The notes under the pieces are model-generated. The model searched no databases. It saw only the letters and a list, made by a program, of their open reading frames with translations, and was not told the origin of the DNA. A program made the position numbers and the translations under genes. Below, piece after piece: positions 1 to 7,770 of a stretch of DNA of 40,967 bases (the first letter of the stretch is position 1; every line of letters starts with the position of its first letter). Source of the stretch: Gammaproteobacteria bacterium (lineage in GTDB: Bacteria > Pseudomonadota > Gammaproteobacteria > SZUA-229); contig JAPHSZ010000043.1 in NCBI GenBank assembly GCA_026196545.1, positions 1-40,967 on the forward strand, read 5' to 3'.

Positions 1-109
1 ATTTATGCCATTCAGGCAGGACCGATGTGATGACACGCGTAGAGCGTAGCTCCTTGCAGAAGCTGTTGAATGTAGATTTAAACCCCAATCAAAAGGCGGA
101 GTAATATTT

Positions 110-841
110 ATGTTTATATCTGCTAAGCAATTAAGATTGATTTTCAATTTGGTCGTGATCTGTCTTGCATCCTACGGCTGTAATTCAACACCAAGCACGG
201 TTGAAGCCGCTGTCGCTAGCGATGCACCAAAACCAGTAGCAGAGCCACGGCAGCCAGAAAAGAATGTGGCTGAGGCTAAGAAGCCCGTAAAAGCAAAAGA
301 GGGCGAGCCAAAACCGGCAGAAGATGCGAATTTGTTCAATCGCCTGCTAAAAAGCAGGAAGGTGAAGAGTAAAAGCTTAAAAGATGATGGTATTCACGAC
401 CCCGCAGGCCCGGGCGTAAAAGTATTGCAAAACCCGCAACAGGCTTTTAAGGATTTACCAAAAGCCAAGGGTGGCAATGCGGTCGATTGGGTCAAGGCAC
501 TGAATACCGGTAAAATTAAGCCACGTAGTAGCCTGGAAGATCCAAAAGCAGAGGCGCTGGTCATGGATATGAATATTATCAGGGAAGTGAAGGGATCTAT
601 GCCGAACGTGTTGTTTCCTCACAAGCAGCATACACAGCATCTTGACTGCACCAACTGTCACCCGGATATTTTTATTCCCATGAAGGGCGCTAATAAAATG
701 AGCATGGCGAAAAATTTGATGGGGCAACAGTGTGGTGTCTGTCACGGTAAGGTGGCGTTCCCGCTTTCAAGGTGTACCGCCTGCCATTCTCAAAAGAAAG
801 CTGCGAAAGAAATCAAGAAAACAAAATGGAAGTGGCCATAA
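110..841 (+). CDS. Trihaem c-type cytochrome (c7-type trihaem domain), probable lipoprotein
   Basis: 243-aa ORF with AGGCGGAG Shine-Dalgarno just upstream of the ATG. Hydrophobic N-terminal signal ends ...LASYGC (lipobox-like Cys). A low-complexity Ala/Pro/Lys/Glu linker follows. The C-terminal ~100 aa carries three CXXCH motifs (CTNCH, CGVCH, CTACH) in the DWVKAL..GKIKP / LFPHKQH context I associate with c7-type trihaem domains. Confidence 0.8.
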   Translation: MFISAKQLRLIFNLVVICLASYGCNSTPSTVEAAVASDAPKPVAEPRQPEKNVAEAKKPVKAKEGEPKPAEDANLFNRLLKSRKVKSKSLKDDGIHDPAGPGVKVLQNPQQAFKDLPKAKGGNAVDWVKALNTGKIKPRSSLEDPKAEALVMDMNIIREVKGSMPNVLFPHKQHTQHLDCTNCHPDIFIPMKGANKMSMAKNLMGQQCGVCHGKVAFPLSRCTACHSQKKAAKEIKKTKWKWP

Positions 842-887
842 AGATAAAATAAACAATATCTTCATCACTCAATAGAATGAGAGAATT

Positions 888-1742
888 ATGAAAAAATATA
901 TAAAAGTATTCGCCCTGGTGTTTTTGACAGTAATTACAACAATGGCCAGTGCGTCAGAAAAGAGCACTGAGCTAGAGAACAAGCTGAAATCAGTTTCCAA
1001 CCTGCTAGATCGTTCAGCCCTTAGCAAACAGGTGCTGGATAGTCATAGTGATGCGGCTGTGCAGTATTACCGGTTTGCAAAATCACTCTATGACGAAGCT
1101 GTTGATGCATATAATGCAGGCAATTTTCAAAAAACAAATGCATTGATAAAGAAGTCAAGAGCAGCACTGGTTGATGCGGTTGAATTTGCTAATTTAAAAG
1201 GGGCCAAAGTTAAAAAGAGAAGCAAGAATCATTATGAATCTTTAAGAAAAAGTGCTAATGCCTTAATGGAGGCAATGGAAAGAATTGGTGATGAAAAAGG
1301 TAAGCATGATGAGTTGGCATTCATGCTTAAAGGTCTCGCTCAAAAACTGGCAGAAACCGATAAGTTATTTTTTCAGGGGCAATATGACTCTGCTATAACA
1401 GGCCTTGGCAAGGTGTTAAAAATTATTAAAGTTGAAATTGCTAATATGCGTACTGGTGACACCTTGACCAGATCGCTGAAATTCGCAAATGCCCATGAAG
1501 AATATGATTATGAAGTTGACAGAAATGATACGCATATGATGTTGCTTGAGATGTATATATCACAAGCTGATGACAACTTTTCCCTGAGCATGAAGGACGG
1601 TATTAAGACAGCCAAAGAACTGCGCAAAGATGCAGAACAGCTGGCAGATGCACATAAATATAAAGATGCGATCAACATTATGGAAAAATCAACCATTGAA
1701 ATTATTAGCCTGATCAGGAGTACGGGTACGTTTATTCCGTAA
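888..1742 (+). CDS. Secreted all-helical protein of unknown function
   Basis: 284-aa ORF with GAGAG-type RBS region and a cleavable signal (..TTMASA/SEK). The rest is Lys/Glu/Ala/Leu-rich with helical periodicity, no Cys and no haem motif. It sits between two cytochrome genes with 46- and 49-nt gaps, so it is probably co-transcribed. I recognise no family. Confidence 0.6.
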   Translation: MKKYIKVFALVFLTVITTMASASEKSTELENKLKSVSNLLDRSALSKQVLDSHSDAAVQYYRFAKSLYDEAVDAYNAGNFQKTNALIKKSRAALVDAVEFANLKGAKVKKRSKNHYESLRKSANALMEAMERIGDEKGKHDELAFMLKGLAQKLAETDKLFFQGQYDSAITGLGKVLKIIKVEIANMRTGDTLTRSLKFANAHEEYDYEVDRNDTHMMLLEMYISQADDNFSLSMKDGIKTAKELRKDAEQLADAHKYKDAINIMEKSTIEIISLIRSTGTFIP

Positions 1743-1791
1743 GCTTAAGAGTATCTATTGCTTTGCTTACAAATAGATTTAGTTATATGAA

Positions 1792-2388
1792 ATGATAAAA
1801 AAAATTGGCTCATTGTTATTGTTGCTCACGATTCCATTCGTCTTGTATGCAAAGGGTGATCCAGAAGTGGGCATGATAAAGGCAGAGGTTTGTGCGCAAT
1901 GCCACGGCTTTGATGGTAAAACCGCTGATCCCATCGTTCCCAGGCTCAATGGCCAGAACCAGGACTTTCTTTATAGAAACGCCATGCACTACAACCGTGG
2001 TGAGCGCTACGATATTGTAATGAAGAAAGTGATTAACAAGGTTCGTCCCAGTGCGGAAGATATTGCGGATATTACTGCTTTTTATTCGGGCTTGCCAATG
2101 ATGGCGGGTGATGGAATTATTACGGCGGAAGGTGAAATTGGTAAGGCGATTTTTGCCAAATACAATTGCAGATTTTGCCATAATGATGAAAACAGGAATG
2201 ATAAAATATTTATTTCCAAGACCGCTGTTATAGGTGGGCAAAATAAGGCCTATTTATATAAATCACTCAAGGATATACAACAAGATGTTCGCGAGGCTGA
2301 TCAGTTTAATTTGATGGAGCGAGTGCTCAATCATATGACGGATGACCAGATTCGTGCGCTGGCTGAGTATCTTAGTGCGTTAAAGTAG
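1792..2388 (+). CDS. Dihaem cytochrome c4-like (class I) periplasmic cytochrome
   Basis: 198-aa ORF with a signal peptide (..VLYA/KGD). It contains two class I modules, each with one CXXCH (CAQCHG, CRFCHN), and c4-like context (P.L.GQN..FLY, ..DI.AYLS). Confidence 0.8.
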   Translation: MIKKIGSLLLLLTIPFVLYAKGDPEVGMIKAEVCAQCHGFDGKTADPIVPRLNGQNQDFLYRNAMHYNRGERYDIVMKKVINKVRPSAEDIADITAFYSGLPMMAGDGIITAEGEIGKAIFAKYNCRFCHNDENRNDKIFISKTAVIGGQNKAYLYKSLKDIQQDVREADQFNLMERVLNHMTDDQIRALAEYLSALK

Positions 2389-2518
2389 GAGTAGTTATAG
2401 GATGCGTATGGTGCATCAAAATTCCAGATGTTGTTAGATTGTTAACCCGCATTTATCCTATCAAAGTCTGATTCGGGTTTAGTAGTGTGCAATAAACGCG
2501 GCAGTTACACAGAAAAAG

Positions 2519-4027
2519 TTACAGCCTTGGCGTACGTTCTTTACGAATACCAACTATACCATCCAGTTGAATCTTTTCGAGGTTGTTTTTATCATCAGTC
2601 AGTATCTGGCCAGATGAATAATCTATGTCTGTTAGCATAAAATTGTTATAAGGAATGTTGTATCTCGTAACAACTCTCTTTGGAATTCTTAAACCTCTAT
2701 CAACAATAATTTGAGGGTCATTAGACATGAATAGTAATTGCTCAGGACTTTGGTCGCCTTCATTTTTCTTTGCTAATGCAAAAAAAGCACCCGATTGATC
2801 CATTGTTTTCATCAATGAGTAAAGGGCATTCTTTTTCATTCCGGGTATATCGCTAAAATAGTGTAAAATAACGAAGCCGCCCGGATTCAACAATTCCAGA
2901 ATCCTTCGAAATGACTCGACGGTATATACATTCGCTGGAATACTTTCCCCTCTGCTCAAATCCAATATGATTAAATCATATTTTTTATTAGTAACATTGA
3001 TATGGTGTCTGAAATCATCAACTTTTAAATTAAAAGCATCGTTAGCATTCAAATACTTTCTTGAAACGGGGTACATTCGACTATCAAATTCAACACAGTC
3101 AACAGCAAAACCAAGTTCGATAAGTAAATTTATCAAAACACCACCGCCATAACCTGCGACAAGAACATCTGACCGAGCAGGTTTTACCGATGCGTAAGTT
3201 AATACACGATATGGGTATGTCCAAAGTGAAGATGAAAACTTTATATCAATAGCAGATTGATTCATTCTATTTAATGAGATGTATCGTGCTTCACCATACT
3301 CATCTCTTATTTCTAACTCTCCCATGATTCCATGATTGCGGTATAAGACTTTAGTGTTGTATGTATCTGTAATCTCATTTTGATTTTTTGCAACTCCAAA
3401 ATAAACCAGCATAAAAATAATCACATTCGCTGCCAACAAGGTATAAGAAGAGCTTTGCATTAAAAACAGGACTGAAATAACAAGAACCAGTAATCCTAAT
3501 GAATGCAAAATACCAATTAAATCAAATGCTGGTAATATAAAAAATGCCAATGCATAAATTGAAATTACCCCTCCAATGGTCGATGAAAAAAACACAGTGC
3601 CTGATGATTTCCCACTGTTTGCAACATGCAATGAGTAATACTTAACTATGATCGGGGAGTTCAATGTAATCAAAATTACTGGAACTAACAAAACAAGTAA
3701 TGAATGATAAATTAGTGCAGTGAATAACGAAAAACCCTGAAGCTTGACTGAAAGGAACTCGTTAAAACCAAAAATTAGTAAAAAATAAAGTCCTATAAAA
3801 ACCAAACATACGGAAACAATTAGTTTTATTTTCGAATCTGGAAACCTTGTTAATTGACCTCCTGCAATATAACCAATACCTGAACCTAGCATGGTAATAG
3901 CTAGCATAACCAACCATACATAATATGATTGGCCATAAAAAGGATGTGCCAATTGAGCATACATCAACTCCATTCCAACCAGTAGGGAGCCTTCAGCAAT
4001 GGCTGCTAATAGTAGTTTATTTTTCAT
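2519..4027 (-). CDS. Fused polytopic membrane / spermidine-synthase-like (aminopropyl- or methyltransferase fold) protein
   Basis: 502-aa ORF. The N-terminal ~215 aa are hydrophobic multi-TM, opening with the E..YAQ...PFYG.S.YVW motif. The C-terminal soluble half has a Rossmann nucleotide-binding loop (VLVAGYGGGVLINLL..VDCVEFD) and an acidic DLIILDL strand typical of spermidine synthase-like enzymes. Confidence 0.75.
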   Translation of the reverse strand: MKNKLLLAAIAEGSLLVGMELMYAQLAHPFYGQSYYVWLVMLAITMLGSGIGYIAGGQLTRFPDSKIKLIVSVCLVFIGLYFLLIFGFNEFLSVKLQGFSLFTALIYHSLLVLLVPVILITLNSPIIVKYYSLHVANSGKSSGTVFFSSTIGGVISIYALAFFILPAFDLIGILHSLGLLVLVISVLFLMQSSSYTLLAANVIIFMLVYFGVAKNQNEITDTYNTKVLYRNHGIMGELEIRDEYGEARYISLNRMNQSAIDIKFSSSLWTYPYRVLTYASVKPARSDVLVAGYGGGVLINLLIELGFAVDCVEFDSRMYPVSRKYLNANDAFNLKVDDFRHHINVTNKKYDLIILDLSRGESIPANVYTVESFRRILELLNPGGFVILHYFSDIPGMKKNALYSLMKTMDQSGAFFALAKKNEGDQSPEQLLFMSNDPQIIVDRGLRIPKRVVTRYNIPYNNFMLTDIDYSSGQILTDDKNNLEKIQLDGIVGIRKERTPRL

Positions 4028-4607
4028 GTCTATAATCTACTATATAAAATAAAATCGTAGCTACAGATAACAATGAAGCGCAAAAGAAGAGCGATAGCTT
4101 TGTTCCCACTTCGGGTAAAAAATAAAGACCAGCTAATAAAATAAACCCGACTCCACTCAAGGTGGAAATGCCATAAATATGACCTGCAAATCTCCCTGTG
4201 TCCTCTGTTGCTGCTGTAATTATATCGATAATTAAGGGGGAAAATAATCCAAATAGCACGTATAAAGGAAAATTAAAAATTAGTGTGGAGATAATAATCC
4301 CGGTTCTAATTTCAAAATCTAAAAATATGGTTTGTATAAAAGAAGAAAAATAGGGTAATACAAATACGAATGCAGAAATAGCGGCTAATGCAATCATGAG
4401 TGCCTTTTTGGAAATGCCTCTTTCTGAAAAATAACCGGCTAAAAAATAACCCACTGCTAACCCAATCATGGTTGTACCAATGATGGCTGCCCAAACATAT
4501 AACGAATTACCAAAATAAGGTGAGATTAATCGTGCCGAAAGTAATTCGCACGCCATCAACGTCCCGCCTGTGATAACTGATATAAAATAATATATATTTG
4601 GTTTCAA
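4017..4607 (-). CDS. Polytopic membrane protein, paralogue of the N-terminal membrane module of the downstream spermidine-synthase-like gene
   Basis: 196-aa ORF, entirely hydrophobic (about 6 TM). Its N-terminus (ELLSARLISPYFGNSLYVWAAIIGTTMIGLAVGY) aligns by eye with that of the 502-aa ORF (ELMYAQLAHPFYGQSYYVWLVMLAITMLGSGIGY). Its stop overlaps the next start by 11 nt (ATGAAAAATAA). Confidence 0.65.
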   Translation of the reverse strand: MKPNIYYFISVITGGTLMACELLSARLISPYFGNSLYVWAAIIGTTMIGLAVGYFLAGYFSERGISKKALMIALAAISAFVFVLPYFSSFIQTIFLDFEIRTGIIISTLIFNFPLYVLFGLFSPLIIDIITAATEDTGRFAGHIYGISTLSGVGFILLAGLYFLPEVGTKLSLFFCASLLSVATILFYIVDYRHEK

Positions 4608-4755
4608 TTTTTATCCCTAATATTTATGGATTAGCAAATAGAAATCTTTTTATGAGGAGTTTTTTAATTCTAAATTAACAAAAATGTATAATTTTTTGCT
4701 GCGTTTATGCATAAGTTGCCAGGGTCGAAAAGCCATCGACTCTGGCACTTGAAAT

Positions 4756-4799
4756 AGAATGCGTTCCCACGCGGAGCGTGGGAACGAGGTAAGCATTCT
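4756..4799. repeat. GC-rich compound palindrome (REP-like element, possibly a weak terminator)
   Basis: Perfect 11-bp stem CGTTCCCACGC (4762-4772) / GCGTGGGAACG (4776-4786) with a 3-nt loop. It is nested in an outer 6-7-bp stem AGAATGC (4756-4762) / GCATTCT (4793-4799). It lies 9 nt downstream of the minus-strand cytochrome stop. Only 3 T follow it on the minus strand, so it is not a canonical intrinsic terminator. Confidence 0.5.
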
Positions 4800-4807
4800 C
4801 AAATGAT

Positions 4808-6727
4808 TTATGGTGGAGGAAGAGCAGTGCATGCACCCCCACCCATGCCCATGCATTGACCACATATGGTGCCAGTAGATCGTTGATAGCCACAGGGCGG
4901 ATGATCCTGACCGTGGCAGGAGAGGGTGCACTGTGTATTATCACCGTCAGTCGCAAAATAAAATTTGTCAGCAAACGCTCCTGTGGGGCTTGCAACCGGT
5001 TCAACAGGATTAGTAGTGTCATAATTAATCAACCGGTCGAAGCGGACGCTGCCGTGGGGGTCGTGGCAGAGATTACAGGGGGTATTCAGACCAACACCGA
5101 AGGCTGCTCCGGCGCCCGTGATATGAAAGTTATGACGCATAAATGTGTTCACAGCCCAGTTACCGTCATTGCCCGTAATTACTGCCTCATCGTGGCACTT
5201 ATAACACATGGCATAATCAGAGGCTACATAAGCGACTCGGTCTGCTTTCTCATATTGTCTTTCCAGTATTGGAGGCCAGGCTGAACCATGAGGTCCGTTG
5301 GGGCCGGTGCCAGCCGCACCATTTCTTGGATTCTGGTCGTTATTATGACAGTCCAGGCAGCTTATTGTAGTGCCAGAGCCAGTGGCCCCGGTTGTGCCGC
5401 CAAGCGCTAAGGGGACTCCAGCAATCAGGCTTGGCACCCTGTCAGTAGCCAGAGGACCACCAATGGCAGAAGAGACCGGATGATAGGATGCACTGCTGGC
5501 TGGGTTAAATTCCAGTCGTACATTGGTCGGATCTCTATCTGCATCAAGACGTCGAAGGGTCAATTGTGCGGGTTTGCCCGTGCTATCGCCATGACAGCGG
5601 AAGCAAACCTGATGGGGATAGTCAACCGGTTCGATGTCTGCACCATCAATATCCACACCCTTGGCACCATTCAATGGACCCGATTTGCCAGCGACGGTGC
5701 CAATTGCCTGGACACCGTGAGGGTTGTGGCAATCGAAACAGACAACGTGCCGATTATCGACTACGTTATCATCGATGCCATCATCTTCCGCTGCATCATG
5801 GTCACCTGTACCTGAATAAGTGTAGATTGGATGGGTGCTGGCTTTGGCGAACTCAGCTTCGATGTCAAGAGTGGCTACGTTACTATTGTGACAGGCAAGG
5901 CAGATCTGTTCTTCAGCCGCATAATTCAGGATGCGCTCCGGGTTGCCTGCGGTATGCGGGCTGTGGCAGTTTTCACAGGCGTTATTGGCCACCGTGGTCT
6001 CTTCGGTATGAAACCAGGGGTCAGGAGCGACAGAATTCCAGGTTGCTGTTGAGACTCTATGAGAGACATTAGTATCATCCCAGTAGGCCTTGGTGTGACA
6101 GGTAATACACAAGGCCGAAGCGGTGTTTGATTTCACGAGGAATTTTGGAACGGCATCGGTATGGGGATCATGACAACTGGTACATTGCACCAGGCCAGAA
6201 CCATCTAAATGAACATCTGGGTCGGAATTTACAGCAGCCACGGTTTTTAGCTCGCTATTAAGCCCCGCTGCAGTGGCGTAATCAAACGATACCGGATGAT
6301 CATTGCTCAAGTCGTTAGTGCCTTCACCCAGATTGGTGACACCAGCAGGCATGGTTAAATCTGTCATTGTGACATCGGTATCGTTGTATATCTCACCGAG
6401 TGCAAGGGTGCCATCGTGGCAGCTCAGGCACAACAATGATGAGCCTGTAGGCTGGCCGGGTGTGGCGATACTAAAGGTTGAGCTATCGTAAGGTATGTAT
6501 GTATTGCCGTTTGAACTTTTGTTCCAGAGTGGGGCAATAGGGTTTGAGTTATGGGGTGTGTGGCAGAAAACACAAATTTGCGTCTGACCATCGGTTGCCT
6601 TGATTGCCGCGGCGCTAGTGGATGAGAGGTTATGTTTTGTGGCAGCAATGTTGCCTGCGCCAAGGGCCATCAGGCTGCCAGAAATGACAATAGCGGTCAG
6701 TCCAGATATAAGTGTTAGTAGCCTCAT
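4808..6727 (-). CDS. Multihaem c-type cytochrome, 11 CXXCH + 1 CX3CH, paired-CXXCH type
   Basis: 639-aa ORF with a signal peptide (..LMALGA/GN). The CXXCH motifs are CVFCH, CLSCH, CTSCH, CITCH, CENCH, CLACH, CFDCH, CFRCH, CLDCH, CYKCH and CNLCH, plus CTLSCH. Several sit in the C..CH.PH context with PLW and NDHPVSF motifs typical of doubled-CXXCH cytochromes. The start overlaps the upstream NHL gene stop (ATGA, 6724-6727). Confidence 0.9.
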   Translation of the reverse strand: MRLLTLISGLTAIVISGSLMALGAGNIAATKHNLSSTSAAAIKATDGQTQICVFCHTPHNSNPIAPLWNKSSNGNTYIPYDSSTFSIATPGQPTGSSLLCLSCHDGTLALGEIYNDTDVTMTDLTMPAGVTNLGEGTNDLSNDHPVSFDYATAAGLNSELKTVAAVNSDPDVHLDGSGLVQCTSCHDPHTDAVPKFLVKSNTASALCITCHTKAYWDDTNVSHRVSTATWNSVAPDPWFHTEETTVANNACENCHSPHTAGNPERILNYAAEEQICLACHNSNVATLDIEAEFAKASTHPIYTYSGTGDHDAAEDDGIDDNVVDNRHVVCFDCHNPHGVQAIGTVAGKSGPLNGAKGVDIDGADIEPVDYPHQVCFRCHGDSTGKPAQLTLRRLDADRDPTNVRLEFNPASSASYHPVSSAIGGPLATDRVPSLIAGVPLALGGTTGATGSGTTISCLDCHNNDQNPRNGAAGTGPNGPHGSAWPPILERQYEKADRVAYVASDYAMCYKCHDEAVITGNDGNWAVNTFMRHNFHITGAGAAFGVGLNTPCNLCHDPHGSVRFDRLINYDTTNPVEPVASPTGAFADKFYFATDGDNTQCTLSCHGQDHPPCGYQRSTGTICGQCMGMGGGACTALPPP

Positions 6728-7767
6728 AATTTAGCTCCCAGAAAACGAAACATCTGTATTCTTTGGTTGTATGTATCAGTGACATAAATGGTTTGCTGAT
6801 TATCTATATATATACCAACTGGCAACCAGAATTGTCCGGGGGCCTGGCCCTGTTCGCCGAAGTTGAGCAGGAAATTGCCGGTATTTTCAAAAATCTGCAC
6901 GGTGTGGAAAAGACCATCAACCACATATATATTCTGGTTCATATCAGTAGCAATGCCCTTGGACCTGGACTGGTAGCCGGTGGCATCACCTTGCTCACCA
7001 AATTTAGCTAGAAATTTCCCCTGTGCATCCAGTTTTTGAATACGGAAATTTAATGTATCGGATACCAGCAACTGATCTTTATTAAAGTGGATCATAGTTG
7101 GGTAATTAAATTCGCCGTTGCCAGTACCTCTTTGGCCAAATTCTTTGATTAATTCGCCGTTGAAATTTAGATTCAGTATTTTATGCTCGGAAGTGTCGGT
7201 CACATAAAAATCATTATTGCCACCGGCGACCATACCTGTGGGTTGTTTAAATGTGGCTTTGGTAATGAATTCATTAGCGATTATCTCGCCCTTGTTGACC
7301 TTATACAATTTGGCCAGCTTGGAATCTGAAATAATCAGGTTAGATTGATCATCCAGTACTAGCCCAATTGGGGAGAGCAGGGGGCGATTATTTTTTCTTA
7401 TTATTAGTGCATAAGACTGATTGACCGGATCAAATCGATGTATGCCCCTGGCGCCGGGGTCGGCTACGTAAATAACGCCTTCCTTGTCTTTTACGATAGC
7501 CATAGGTTTAACAAGACTCGTGCTTTTTTCACCGGCAAAAAAATCAACAAAACGACGCCATAAACTGCGGCTGATTTTAAGATCGGCGGCATTGCTGAAT
7601 GATCCAACATACTGAATCATGGGCCTGGCAGGTTTTGATGGCCAGAATATAGGTTCTACTGGTTTTTTTTCGCTTGATGTATTGTGCTGGCTACAGCTAG
7701 TTATCAGCAACAGGGCCATTAACCATATTAACCAGCTATAAACTTTTTTGTCTGAGAATAATTTCAT
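6724..7767 (-). CDS. NHL-repeat beta-propeller lipoprotein
   Basis: 347-aa ORF with a lipoprotein signal (LLLITSC/SQ). It has repeated NHL-type blades (G.G.GEF.YP..I.F....L.VSD..N.RIQK; GQF..P.GIYID....IYVTD..N.RIQMF). Confidence 0.85.
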   Translation of the reverse strand: MKLFSDKKVYSWLIWLMALLLITSCSQHNTSSEKKPVEPIFWPSKPARPMIQYVGSFSNAADLKISRSLWRRFVDFFAGEKSTSLVKPMAIVKDKEGVIYVADPGARGIHRFDPVNQSYALIIRKNNRPLLSPIGLVLDDQSNLIISDSKLAKLYKVNKGEIIANEFITKATFKQPTGMVAGGNNDFYVTDTSEHKILNLNFNGELIKEFGQRGTGNGEFNYPTMIHFNKDQLLVSDTLNFRIQKLDAQGKFLAKFGEQGDATGYQSRSKGIATDMNQNIYVVDGLFHTVQIFENTGNFLLNFGEQGQAPGQFWLPVGIYIDNQQTIYVTDTYNQRIQMFRFLGAKL

Positions 7768-7770
7768 TGA

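Noticed and set aside
1-30. Possible 3' end of an upstream gene (frame 1 open to TGA at 28-30)
   Set aside because: Only nine codons are visible, which cannot support a call.
455-2241. Antisense ORFs 455-745, 1508-1696 and 1816-2241
   Set aside because: They lie entirely within, and opposite to, well-supported cytochrome and secreted-protein genes, and have no motifs.
2389-2518. Possible terminator between the convergent c4 cytochrome and spermidine-synthase-like genes
   Set aside because: Only weak pairings are present (AACCCG..24 nt..CGGGTT, GATGC..GCATC) with no T tract, which is not enough to call.
4762-4786. Palindromic 25-mer reminiscent of a type I CRISPR repeat
   Set aside because: There is a single copy with no spacer-repeat periodicity and no cas genes in the window, so it is not a CRISPR array.
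4650-6663. Overlapping ORFs on both strands (4650-4931, 4705-5022, 4856-5284, 5480-5815, 5566-6072, 5831-6052, 6303-6491, 6424-6663)
   Set aside because: They are embedded in or overlap the multihaem cytochrome gene, whose 12 haem motifs make it the real frame. The two leftmost ones merely read through the GC-rich palindrome.
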